From: Octopus sinensis | Taxonomy: Eukaryota | Assembly (NCBI RefSeq): GCF_006345805.1 | Contig: NC_042999.1 | Location: 159,588,001 to 159,652,000, forward strand | DNA: 64,000 nucleotides | Reading direction: 5' to 3' | In this document: piece after piece, positions 51,851-64,000 of the stretch | Layout: each line of letters begins with the position of its first letter | How positions within the stretch are numbered: position 1 is the first letter of the stretch | Translations under genes and position numbers: made by a program | The notes under the pieces: model-generated | The model's input: only the letters and a program-made list of their open reading frames with translations | What the model was told of the DNA's origin: nothing | The model's database searches: none

Positions 51851-53097
51851 CAGGGTGTGTAAGGTATTGGAGGACATACCTTTTGGGTCATTGCTGCATT
51901 TTTTGCTAACTCTGTATAACCTTTGTTTCAGAAAATAATAATGGCACACCCTCAGCTTACTCAAGAAATGAAGAAGCATGCTGTTATTGTGGTTTTAAAG
52001 GCTGAGCATACCGATTTAGAAATATCTCGATTTTTAAAAGTTTTCAGACCTTTCGTCTACAAAGATTGTAAGAAGCTAGATGGAAGGGTATCACCAGTAA
52101 CAAAGCATACAAAAACATTCTAAACGCTCTGAAATCATCAGAACACTTGAATTTATCCAGCAAGTTAAACAGACCATTGATCACAATTCCAGAAATTCCA
52201 TGAGATCAATTACAAAAAATCTCCATCTGTCAGAAGGAACAGTCAGACATGGTGTCAACGAAGACATCAGATATAAGTCTTATATGATGATGAGAAGTCA
52301 ATTTGTCTGAAAAAGCAAAAGAAAATCACTACATCAAATCTGAAAGGCTCTTAAACACACTGAAAACTCCAGCAGAAGATTTGATTTGGTTTTTCTCAAA
52401 CGAGAAAGACATCGACCAATATCAAAATGTTAACAGAAGAAATGACAGATGGTTACGTGCAGACCCTTCTGAAGTTCAAAGTGTTATGCATACAAAATTT
52501 TCTGCAACTATCACGGTTTTAGAGGGTGTCAGCAATGAAAGACATGTGATGCCTCCTTACTTCTTTTTACAAGGCCTTAGAGTTAACTCTGCCACCTACA
52601 TGGAGGTCCTGGAAATAATTGTTAAGCCCTGGATGGACAGTGTATGGAATGGAAGGCCATATGTGTTTTAGTAAGACTCTACTCTATCACACATTGCTCT
52701 ACTAACAAAGGAATGGGTGGCTGAATATTTTCATGATCACAAAACTCCTAACATTTGGCCTCCTAATTTCCTACATCTCAATCTATTGGATTATTACATG
52801 TGGAGCGTTGTTGAGAGAGAGGTCAATGAACACGCCCATAACACCAAAGCACCAAAGATTCTTTGAAAGCTACCAGAGTAATGTCCAAAATGATCCAGGG
52901 CCACTTGATTCGAGCATGTAGATAAGTTAGATCTTATATAGAAGCAGTTGTTGAAGCTGAAGGTGGCTTTATTGAATAACATTACAGAAAAGCGGGGTTT
53001 TTTGTCCTTATAGCATTTTTTGATAAAGTTATGTTATTATATATCTGTATTTTTTTTTATAAGCATAAATCTGTCCTCAAATATCTTACGCACCATG
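51851..53097 (+). mobile_element. Near full-length Tc1/mariner transposon, DD37D (maT-type), dead transposase
   Basis: 26-bp TIRs (22/26 identical) flanked by TA; transposase remnants 51941-52979 with FFSNEK, RPYVF*(Q)D and WPPN..LNLLDYY; 37 residues between the second and third D positions by manual count; stops and frameshifts. Confidence 0.9.
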
Positions 53098-53103
53098 TAT
53101 TTA

Positions 53104-53320
53104 CAGGGTGCAGTGAATATACTGTCGTCTAAATAGCCGAGAAATGAAAATAACACTGACATCTCATTTTAGAGACATATTTATCAAAATTGCATAAAAA
53201 TATCTTGAAATGCTAAAGAGTAAATTTATTCCATAAAATTGCCATTGGTTTCAACCGCAGCCTCCAGACGACTTTAGAATCTTTTGCAACTCTTCTGGAC
53301 GGTCTCCAGTCACCAATTTT
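53104..53320 (-). mobile_element. 3' end of a second maT-like transposon
   Basis: TA-CAGGGTG terminus; minus frame F*SRLEAAVETNGNFME* parallels the IEAVVEAEGGFIE* end of the neighbouring element. Confidence 0.75.
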
Positions 53321-54779
53321 TATTCCCCGTTTTATTCTTATTTCCTCTTATTTGATTATTTCTTTATTTTAGCGACTTCAGAGATATATGAAAGGTAAAG
53401 TCGACTTTGGCGTGATTTCAATTCAGAATGTAAAGAGACGGAACAAATACTGCAAGATGCTCTAATGATTGTCAGTCTATCCCCACACCACTCTACTATA
53501 ATAAAATCTAGGACTCTTAACATTGTAGATGGCTATTCGACTGTTACTAATTATATCCTCTAATAAAGATTAAATACTACCGAATCAACTCGAGAAAAAA
53601 ATTGCCGAAAAAGCCAAAGGATAATTGTGTAATACAGTGAATTACTTTGAAATTTATTGATCGTAAACTCGAGTAATTAATATATTGCAAATGTTCGTAC
53701 TGGTCGGCTTTTGAATACCACGTGTAAACAAACGAACGAAGCACAAACCGATTCATTCTATGTATAATCAAACTAATGATGCGAAGCAGGAGAAAATGAT
53801 AGAAAAACTGGGGGATAAATTTTAAGTAATACACTAACTTACTTTAAAATTTATTGATCATTACCTCATATACTTAATGTATTGTTAGTGTTTGAAAATC
53901 ATGACGATCTATACACAGGATTGGATGTTCTACAAATAAAACAGAAAAGGCATAAATAGGAACGAACCTATTCTATTCAGCGTAGGAATACACTACGGCA
54001 ATAAACTCGTGAAAATTTGAAGATAAAATAAACTTGATCTAAATGTAAAGTTGGATTTGAACAGGCTAGATAATTTACAATACATTCTCAAAGATAAAAA
54101 AAATATGTCAGAAATTGAAGTAGAACATCTAAATGAAAGAATACATAGTGAAAATACAAATTACGAACACAGACCAAACAACAAACATAAAAACATTGAG
54201 AACGTAAACCAAAAATGTAGATTTTAGCACATACTCAACAAAGTAACTGACAAAAAATAACAAAACCAAGCCGTAAAAGATTTATAGAATACCGACCGAC
54301 ATAGCTAAAACACAACGACAAAAAGAGAAAAAAATAAGTAAAAGGAGATATGATGAAGATGTAAGAGGCGGAAGTTATATAGATGGTTATGATAAATACA
54401 AAAGTGGAAATAATTATGTCTCTATGCACCATAGAATTGTTTACCAATCATATCACTAGGTTACATTCAACAGCCACTGTGTTTACGAAAGAAATTAGAT
54501 CTCCTTCATGTAAAATATCGATACTTAAGCAAATTTAATTTGGAAAGTATTCATATCAAAAGTAGTGAGCAAATGAGGAAAATGATTTTCGACCTTTTAA
54601 TAAAATCAGTAATGAACAGGAAAAGTTGTTTTTTTAAACTAATAATGAAATTCGAAGTAATATTACAAAAATATAGCATAACAAAAAAGAGGAGTGCTCG
54701 AAATCAAAGAACATCTAAAACACACACACCCCATCAAAAAAGAAAAGCTAAAATAATTCTGAGGGAAGGGGTGGTGGGT

Positions 54780-56200
54780 GAAGAAATTACAACAGACGAG
54801 AATGTTCAAAACATCGAATACAACTTCCACAATCATGGGAGGACACATGGCAAGAAGTCGACCAGACGCTACAAAAAATAAACTGGAAAACTTTGAAACT
54901 ACTTCAAAAAGCACATAAGGGGCTGGAATTTTTTAAGATACTGAAGAAACCAGGAAAAAGCATCTAACTGTATCACTGAGAAGAAAAACATCCCTAAAAT
55001 TAAAGAAACGATAACCCTAGAAAGTTTTCTTAGACTTAAATCCTCAGCGTTGTGAGACATAAGGTAGCAATCATTCTTCAGTGTGGTTAATATACCTCTT
55101 CTTTGTGCTCATGCGCGACTCTTCCTTGTGCATTTAAAGTCCTTGGGGAATGCCCAACGTCAGATGTTATTAGGTCTGGATTATTCAGTTTTCTTTCTTT
55201 CAGTGTCAATGTTATTGCAATTTTTGCATCACTGGAATTTGCTTAGCAGAAAGATTTTCTTATTCATAATTCTCTCTCGTCAAGCTATTTTGAGAATCTT
55301 TTTAAGTATAGCTGTATTATGCATCTAATGAAGAATATTATAACTATAGCTTATCACTGGGATAACTAGAACATTAATTCGTTATAATTTTTACTCATTC
55401 TTGCAATGTAGCAAGCTTTTTGGCCGCATTGCAAAAAATAAAGAAACCTTTAGAAAACATAACTGAAAAAAAAGGCAGAAGGGATGCTCAAAGGTTTATA
55501 GGATTGTAAAGATAACGTTTTGATCAGTATGTCATTTAGGTCGTTCATTAGTTGTTCTTTTTCTATATGAAGGACTGAGAAAACCATTTTGGTGTTGTAG
55601 GGCAACTCTTGAACTTTTTGCTAGCATTCTCTTTCGGATGGTTTTTCTTCTACAGTGTGTTGGCTTCTCGTATTGTTGCTCCTTGTCTATGCGACAATGC
55701 TGTTGAAGGAGATATAGAATGAAGAAGAGTCTAAGCATTGCATAGGTTGTCTACTAGAAAGCTTCTAATGATGTTCTCCAAAGTGAATTCACAAAATTTC
55801 AGCCATGAGTAACGTTGCATTAAAATAAGTAGCAACATTAAATATTTCTACCAAAAAAAATGAATTATAAAACTAACACCATATGTATTTGTAACTACCC
55901 TATATCTACACCTTTTTCTATCTGGCACAAATACTTTTATTCAACATGTTAAACCAGACTGGAATTGACTTCAGCTGCCATGGGAGAACAATCGACAAGC
56001 TTTTGTATGAGGAAATCATCAAGTTGTACGCTGCAGACATTAATCAACGAGAAACACGGCTACATATAGCATAGAGGTTTAACAGACAAAACGATATAAG
56101 ATCTGGAGGGAATAAAATTAATTAAAATCAATAATATCTTGTTCGATAGAGAGATGGAGAAAATAAAATTAAACACATACCTACAAAAACTTAATGAAGT
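54780..56200 (+). mobile_element. Highly degenerate CR1-like LINE fragments
   Basis: YNFH...TWQEVDQTLQKINW near 54800-54890 and a WERLKxL..RRxE-like stretch near 56100-56170; weak, fragmentary similarity only. Confidence 0.3.
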
Positions 56201-56351
56201 AAAGAGAGTCTAACACACACATATAAATGAAAGAACAGTTTAAGAATGCATACTATACACACATTCATTTAATACGTAGAAGATATATTTAAAAGTAAAA
56301 ATTATAACGAATTAATGTTCTAGTTATCACAGTGATAAGCTTTAGTTATAA

Positions 56352-56745
56352 CTAGCAGTATCGCCCGGCGTTGCTCGGGTTTGTAAGGGAAATAACTATA
56401 TAAGCATTTTTAGAGATGTAAAGTATAATAGCCATCTCAATATGGCTAACCACGAAGGGGGGGTGTTACTGTGGCTTTTTACGTTCTGAGATTTAATAAT
56501 AAATTTTTAGAGAGTTACTTCCCTTATATATACCAAAATGCATTAAAAATGAGAAAAATTGATGGTAATTTTTTTTTTAATCGTAGACTCATCGTAGACG
56601 TTCGCTAATACCCAGAAGAGCTCGATATGAATCACGACTATAAGATACCCGGTTTTGGTTAAACTGCACCACAAAATGTGGGAGTAGTTAGGAATCTAAA
56701 TCGTAGGAGACAGACAGCACACAACCTTACTTTTATATATAAAGA
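56352..56745 (-). mobile_element. Non-autonomous Helitron, family 1, with empty-site paralogue
   Basis: Canonical termini; the inverted paralogue at 55314-55393 shows the pre-insertion site AGTTATAA|TATTCTTC with no duplication. Confidence 0.92.
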
Positions 56746-57749
56746 TATTCTTCACTGGATGCATAATACATTTACAAGACCAGAAAGAAAAAAAGAAGAA
56801 AATGAACGCATTTAGAATAGAGAATCCAGAATCTGATGCAGATTATATTTATCACGAAAACAAGTAATTAGGGGCTCTATGCTGCTAGAAATTAATATAA
56901 AATTATTTGCTGAAAGACCAAAAATACCTAATAAAAATCAATGGTAATAACATTAATAAAAGTAACTTCAAAATACAGACGAAGTAAAATGATAGTTCTA
57001 TTTCATTTTACCCAAGTAAGATATATCTTTCACCCACAACAATCCGTAAGTAGGGAAAATTCCACATCTCGGCAGTTGTTGAAGTTCAGCATCTTAGAAA
57101 TATGCATTATTCTTATGAGAAACCACACAAACATGTTCCACTTCTCTTCGCGCGTCTACATTATCTTTTCCAAATTGTTCTTGTGTGTGATTTATTTCGT
57201 TCATTAGTTGTTCTTTTTCTATATGAAGCACTGACAAAACCATTTTGGTGTTGTAGGGCAATCTCTTGAACTTTTTGCTAGCATTCTCTTTCGGATGGTT
57301 TTTCTTCTACGAGTGTTGGCTTCTCGTATTGTTGCCCCTTGTCTATGCGACAATGCTGTTGAAGGAGAATTCTTTCTGCTTCTGAGACCAAGGTGAGGTG
57401 GATTTTTCGGACATTCTCGGAGCCGCAATCGATAGTGTAACTTGTTATACTACTGATTCAGCAACCTTTTATAACTGACCTATTGTTTTCCGATTCTTTC
57501 TTTTCTCCATCTTTTTTCATAATGCTGCCAGACTACATACACGTTTGTGTGTTTAACCATATCTAGTTTGTTAGGGGTTTTTTATCTTGTATTCTTCCAA
57601 AGACATCACAGTCACTTTCAAAAATATTTCTGTTTACATTTTCGCCTGTTGTGGGTACAAAAGGCATTGTTGTTGTTACATTTATTAACACTGTTGGTGT
57701 AAGCATTTGATACTAACAATGCTCTTTTTTCTGATTGTAAAAAGGGTTC

Positions 57750-58800
57750 TGTTCACTTTTAGTGTTGGGACGTTCCCGTTTGTTGTTGGTTTATGCCATA
57801 ACATCTACATGACCTGGAACGAAAAATGCTAGCCGACGGATCGCACGTGCTATGAAAAACCCCTATCTGAGAAGCGACTATTTACTTGACCACCGTCCAG
57901 TTGTTATGCATCGCAGTAATCAAGTCTGTGAACACGGATCCAAACTAGCTACTTTCAGCATAACCACCAAGTAACAATATTCGACTTTATCGAGCATTTT
58001 CAGCTGTTCTCAGTTGATCAGATCCCCATCGCATGGAAGTGCGGTGTCGTGGATGGAGCTACATCGTGCTCGTTTGCGCTTCCCCGATCAAAATATCAAC
58101 GAAAAGCGTCAACGTTGGCCAAAATCTTCCACTCTGCTTTCAGCAGAGTTGTGCACTGAAAGATGTCTACTTCGTCCTCTTTGTCTGCGTCCTTTATCAG
58201 TAGCGTTGCCAATTCCAGTTTCACTGCACTAGGAATTTTCCCATTTAGCTGCCAATTGCGATAGACGTCTTGGCATGAACTCGTAAAATATGTTTGGACA
58301 AATCATCCAAAGTAGAAAAGTTATCTTATGCAACCGCCCAGCTTTATCAGCTTTCTTATACTACTTTGCATCCTCTATGGCGAACCGTTTCAGGCAGTCA
58401 ACACAGGCACGAAAGTTCTTCCAATCTCTGATTCGCTGCCAGTCTCCAATAGTCAAGCAAACTGCTGCTGGGAACTCGCTCACATTGCTCAACGGCTACA
58501 TTGAAGCTGTGTTGCCACATTTCACTTCCGACACTAGGGCCTATCAAAGAACTTTAAATCCTTCGTGTTTTAGCGCACAGGCTCTTCCTCTAATAACGCA
58601 GCCTCCTTGTTTCGCACTGAAATGAAATGATCGAGAGCCATTCTTACCAGTAGCTTCGGTCACGATGCCTTTGCTAATCGCTTCTTCTAGTTTGCTAGCT
58701 AGTTCTCCTTCCAATCTTGTTCTCTATTCACAGCACAGCCCACCACTCGTCCCTGTAGTCTTACCATGCCGGTAAGGACGCGTTTATTTAATCTTAAGTA
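57750..58800 (-). mobile_element. Possible decayed LTR-retrotransposon gag/protease relic
   Basis: GC-richer block; minus frame LLETGSES...LTA*NGSP resembles retropepsin LxDTG[AS] and xANGS motifs; heavily disrupted. Confidence 0.3.
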
Positions 58801-59449
58801 ATCGGGCCTCTGTCTGTGTGTCTAAACTGGCCGTGTACATCACAAATTTGTGGTATGTGTAGCCATCAGTTTGCACTGGGAACTGCCTACGCTGTTTATA
58901 TCTATCAGCCTTTAATATGCAACAACTAGCATCAAGTTTAAGATTTCACTAGTGTTTATTTAAGATTATCTTCGTTAAATGTGTTTAAAAATTGTTATGT
59001 CAACATTATTTCTATTTGAACGGTTGCAAGATTCATTGTCTGTTCCGTAAACATTTTGATTTTTCTGATTTTCTGCAGCATTTTATTAATTACATTATAT
59101 TTTATCGAACAGTAAAAATCGGTTAGAAATTGACAACGGATGTAATTTATTTACGTTATGTATCGAGAATGTCACATGCTGAGAAGATACTTGGAAAAAT
59201 AATTTTAGAAAATATAAAGACATATCGACCCAAAAACTGATATGAAAAACTAAAATATAGATAAAATATTTTAAATACGCAAAAGACTAACAACGACGAG
59301 GTTATCAATAGCAGCTATTTCTCATTCTTATTGTATGTGTTCTAGTTTTTCTTTCTTGCTTACTTACTTTAGAGAAGGAGAAGAGTTTAACATATGCATG
59401 ATATCGAACGAACACTATATTTAATTTATCTGGTGTTAATGTGTGTGTG

Positions 59450-59502
<53 letters not shown>

Positions 59503-59575
59503 TATATATATGTATGTATGTGTATGTGTGTGTGTGTGTATACATACATATTTATATTATATATATGTATATATA

Positions 59576-59641
<66 letters not shown>

Positions 59642-60548
59642 CATGCACACACACACACACATACTTGATAACTTCAAAGAATTTTGCGGTTTCTACATGT
59701 TGGGAGAAATTAGTTTGCTTCTATGAAATTCAACAACAATCCTAAAGTAATAAATATTTTTTTTATCTAGAATTAACCAATATATATTATGCTATCATGC
59801 TACGCTGATCAGTAGAGTTGATTTTTCTTTCCAAGCCGCTAATCTGATCCAACATCTAATTCATAAAAACATGTATATTACAATTTCTCTCTCAAATTCT
59901 TGTTCACAAGTGTATAAAACTTAATATGTGTATGGGATAGTATGTGAGTGTGGTGTTTCTACTTGTGCGCTTATCTGTGCGTTGTGTGTGTATGTGTGTC
60001 AGGTACAGTGGAGTAGTACTTAGACTTCGGTAAGACTGAAAACTCGTCTTACTTATTAGGTTGTGATATTCACGTTTCTCTACCATTTTGGAGAGTAATT
60101 GAATATTCATCTACGAAACTGGATGCCAAATACGAACGTTAATGTAATGTGATAAAGGTTAGTTGAATAAGAAATCGATGAAATTTTTAAAAGGACATAT
60201 AAATGAGGATTACAGTTGGCTATAACCAAAGTAGCTGAATAAATAATGTTTTTGGTTTATAGTTCAAACCTTTTTTTAACCAAGAACAGACAAATTGATA
60301 ATTTCAAAAATGTTTCGTTGGAAAATGCGAAATATGTGCAAGAGTTTGAAGACTTGAAAAGTCTTTATCAAGTCTTTAACAAAGATTAATTCCACCCCCA
60401 ACATCGCCCAACACATACACACTTGTTCGAGACTTCCAACGACACATACCATCAGGTAATGATTTAGTATTAAATGATTAATTATATTCATTATATAATT
60501 ACTTTCCTCCTTACGTTTATCGACAGCATATAAATGAAAAAAAAATTA

Positions 60549-60828
60549 CATCCAGAGGCCCACAGCTCTTCAATATCCTCCCGAAGGACCTGAGAGACCT
60601 GCATGGGGTGGATGCAGATGTCTTTAAAAAAAACTGGATCTCTTCCTGTCAGGTGTCCCAGATGAACCAACTTCACGGCAGGAGGTGCAGATGAGGGCAG
60701 CTGCATCGAACTCTCTCATGCACCAAATGGCAATTGCTAAAAAGCATTCGTGAAGTAAAATCATGTAGCAACACCAAATGGCGGTGCCCCAGCATGGCCA
60801 CGGCTCGTGAGCTGAAACTAGATAAAAT
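60549..60828 (+). mobile_element. CR1/L2-group LINE 3' end
   Basis: SRGPQLFNILPKDLRDLHG..FK(frameshift)LDLFLSGVPDEP matches the GPxLFNxLPxxLR..FKxxLDxFLxxVPDEP C-terminus; short 3' UTR follows. Confidence 0.85.
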
Positions 60829-61903
60829 TTTAAAAAATGAAAAATAAATCTTTTCCAGTTGCAAGTATATTTTCCACTCCACTGCTTATTTCAATGAATT
60901 ATCAGTTTTGCTGTTGCCATCAGTAATTTTACAAATACACGCGTAGACGTTACTCATTCCAAAGAAGAAAACCTCACACAATTAAACCAAAGTGAGAGCT
61001 TGTGGGGGTGTTCGCTCTACCTGTTAATAATTGCAAACAAACTTCCCTTAAATAGGAATATATTTGATAATGTAGTCCTAGATACACTGCGCCTGAAAGA
61101 ATGGTGAGATGATCAGGGCTGTTCCTTCGTGTTTACCTAGGGCTCGACAACAACAAAATTTCTACACACACGTTTTATAAATAATTTCACATTTACTAAG
61201 AATACTACTTTAATATAAATGGCTGAATCTAACGTATACCGTCTTCTAGACACATTGTGGCTCCGTTTAAATACACATACATACATTCCACAGTTTTAAC
61301 TTAATTCTGTTAGTTAATCTGACAATTATATATCTAGTTAAGGCGATGAGCTAGCAAAGTCGTCACCGCACCGGGCAAAATGCTTAGTGACATTCGTCTA
61401 TCTTTACCTTCTGTCTTTAAATCCCACGAAGGTCGACTTTGCCTTTCATTATTCAGGGCAGTTGAACATTGAGATCAATTTAATCGACATATCCTCTCTC
61501 ACGAAATAGCTGGCCTTTGTACCAGAATTTGAAATCAATTAACATCAGGTCATCTTCTCTCATTAGCGATTTCTGTATTCATCTCATTATGCTACTACAA
61601 GACACGGTTTCTTTCTCTGTACATTACCTCTCAAAATGTCTCCATATGTACCACACAAAGCCTAAACGAAGTCATATAATCCAAATTCCTATACTATTAT
61701 TACAATTCTTGCTATTCTTTCACCAAACATCGATGTTCTCTCCAAACATTGCCACCAATAATATGCTGAAAAAGACTTTCCTTATTGGGCACAAGATCGA
61801 AAAATCTCTGTTCTTAAGTTTATATATCAATCCAGACAGTATAAAAAACACAAACACACGCGCGCACACACACATACACACACACATATACATATATATA
61901 TAT

Positions 61904-61950
<47 letters not shown>

Positions 61951-61961
61951 TATATATAAAG

Positions 61962-61993
<32 letters not shown>

Positions 61994-62042
61994 AAACAAG
62001 TCAAAAATAGAAAATGCTAAGATAATTTTATAGTGAATCTTT

Positions 62043-62080
62043 CAGTACCGGTTTCGGTCATTTTGAAACCTTTTCAACTG
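62043..62080 (-). ncRNA. Type I hammerhead motif H8 with U3-A8 core
   Basis: Minus strand CAG-TTGAAAA-GGTT-TCAAAAT-GACC-GAAA-CCGG-TA-CTG; palindromic ACCGGT, GUA site; same strand as, and about 670 nt downstream of, the PLE GIY-YIG ORF. Confidence 0.65.
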
Positions 62081-62419
62081 TAACGATTAAATAATTAAAT
62101 TTAGAAATATTAGAAGAAAAGTTTTTTTAAAAGAATATTTCTATAGTAGTGTTCAGATATAAGTAGCATTCTGCCTTTCTCTGACTCCCTTGTTTGCACT
62201 TGTGTGTTCGAGGTCGTTTTGAGTTCTTGGTAGGGTAGGTGAAGAATAAGGAGGCTGATGTGGAGAGGGGGTGGGGAAATCTGGGAATGCCTTGATGGTC
62301 GTATTTTGAATGGTCAGTGGCTGACAGCAGTCGCAGTTCAATTCAGGAATTGTTTATGGAATTTGCGTAGGCTTTATACTGAAAGACATTAGTGACAAGG
62401 TTAAGGGGTGGAAGGTGGA

Positions 62420-62625
62420 GAAGTAGAAGAAGAAGAAGAAGATGACGATGTTGATGATGATGATGATGAAGAAGAACAAGAAGAAGAAGAAGAAGAAGAA
62501 GAAGAAGAAGAAGAAGAAGAAGAAGGAGAAGGAGAAGAAGATGGTGATGATGGTGGTGATGATGATGACGACGATGATGATGATAATGATGATGATGAAG
62601 AAGAAGAGGAAGAAGAAGAAGAAAA
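62420..62625. repeat. (GAA)n/(GAT)n compound microsatellite
   Basis: Directly visible. Confidence 0.95.
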
Positions 62626-62748
62626 AACAGAGAAGGGAGAATATGAATGGGTGAAAGTATAGCTGTGATGGGGCTGATTAGTAATGGATTCTATGGAGTG
62701 TAATATTTGTGTGTGTATATATTTCTTTTATTCTAAAGTTGAGGTATA

Positions 62749-63198
62749 TTAATTGTTTGTCGTAGACCCGTTAAGAAGTGGCTTGTATTTTGTAATAAAG
62801 AGATTTTCTTTACTTATTCGTTGTCTCGAGGTTGTATCGTCCCTAAATTGGTAGAGGGGGAAAATCCTGAAGTTTGGTGTTTTTTTGTTGGCGCAAGTAT
62901 CTATGTGTTGGCTAAAAGCTATTTTTCTGTTTTGGGGAATTTTTATCTGGGATCTGTGCAGGGCCATTCGTTTACGCAAACCATTTTTTGTTTGGCCTAT
63001 GTACTGCTCTTGACACCCGGAGCAGGTTAGTGAGTATATTAGGCTCTCCGAAGCACATGTGAAGTTGCTTTTCACTGTAAACCGTGGTCCCTGTTTGAAG
63101 GAGAACTCTGATCCCTCAATTAGATAGTCGCATATCCCGCAATTGGGTCTTCCACATTTTTTTAATGTCGGCTTCTGAGTTACCAAAAGAGTTACCAA
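62749..63198 (-). CDS. Penelope-like element GIY-YIG endonuclease domain (3' module)
   Basis: CGRPNCGIC linker, LIYSLTCSGCQEQYIGQT, LRKRM..H, KENLFITKYKPLLN: PLE GIY-YIG signature; frame open to the stop, truncated at its 5' side. Confidence 0.92.
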   Translation of the reverse strand: MVTLLVTQKPTLKKCGRPNCGICDYLIEGSEFSFKQGPRFTVKSNFTCASESLIYSLTCSGCQEQYIGQTKNGLRKRMALHRSQIKIPQNRKIAFSQHIDTCANKKTPNFRIFPLYQFRDDTTSRQRISKENLFITKYKPLLNGSTTNN

Positions 63199-63399
63199 CG
63201 AAATCTCCGCCCCATAAACCGGTTAAACAACCATGCACAACAAACCCACTCCACTTACAATGATTACCAACGAAGGCCTCCTAGAACACCACACCCGAAT
63301 ATGGGATATCGGGATGCTCTCCTCAATACTGCTCCAAGAACACACACCATAAATCACAACAGGAGACCCCACATCAACAAAGAACAACTATATAATAGC

Positions 63400-64000
63400 T
63401 ACCGTCCCAACCACCGCATTCATTTTTTAGACCCAATACGCAAACACAGAGACACAAGATAGCACCAAACAAGCAGGAGGAACCAAAAGTAATAAAAATT
63501 ATCAATCTAACTCACAAGGAACTAACAGCAAACCAAATAAACATACTTTCCAAAGGACTCAAGTTTACACCCACCCCACAACACCCCCAACTACAACGAA
63601 ATGAAAGAAGACATCGCAGAATTCTGCAGAAAATTAAGACTTACTGAGGAGCTATACGATAAATACAACGAGGACGAATCGTTAGCCAGAAATAGGAGTA
63701 ACTACACCCCCTCGAAAGGTAATAACAAAACACTTGATGATTTCTGTGACCACATATCTAATTACCCATATCAACATATGCACAAACAAAAACACAAACC
63801 AAACTTCAGCAAAAAAGAATGGGCTGAGTTGAACAAATTAAAACAAGATAAAACAATAACAATCAAAGAGGCCGATAAAGGGAGTGCTGTTGTCTTAATG
63901 GATACGACATTTTACATAACTTTGGTACTATCTATGCTGGAAGACACAACATACTATGAAAAGGCACAAAACTACAGTCAACAAAAAATAATGAGGGAAC
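63400..64000 (+). CDS. Penelope-like element RT N-terminal region, runs off the window
   Basis: IINLT..ELT..QI.ILSKGLKFTPTP, one +1 frameshift near 63585, then EFCRKLRL...IKEADKGSAVVLMD, the conserved PLE pre-RT motifs. Confidence 0.9.

Noticed and set aside
62408-62662. Poly-Glu/Asp ORF
   Set aside because: (GAA)n/(GAT)n microsatellite with no flanking coding signal.

Overview
AT-rich, repeat-dominated eukaryotic DNA. The SINE, microsatellite and retroelement content looks like a coleoid cephalopod, probably Octopus (inference from pattern recall, not verified). No intact host gene, rRNA, tRNA gene or CRISPR array is supported. The window holds about 30 copies of three tRNA-headed SINE families (called A, B, C here), decayed LINEs (RTE x2, HERO, CR1/L2-like), Gypsy relics, a near full-length DD37D (maT-type) Tc1/mariner, a mariner fragment, a TIR element with internal (CCCTAA)n, two non-autonomous Helitron-like families and a Penelope-like element (PLE) in inverted configuration at the right end. 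The most interesting layer is eight minimal type I hammerhead-ribozyme (HHR) motifs with different flanking sequences. Each has a self-complementary stem III, and most lie beside foldback or inverted repeats, as expected for PLE pseudo-LTR remnants. Two carry the compensatory U3-A8 core and two carry a CCGACGA core. Other oddities: a 146-bp duplication around one SINE, 20-29-bp duplications around Helitron-like copies, templated insertions, and a 3' tail shared between SINE A and a CR1-like LINE. A few splice-site-bounded open frames may be exons of an unidentified host gene (low confidence). All calls were made by eye; no searches or folding programs were run.
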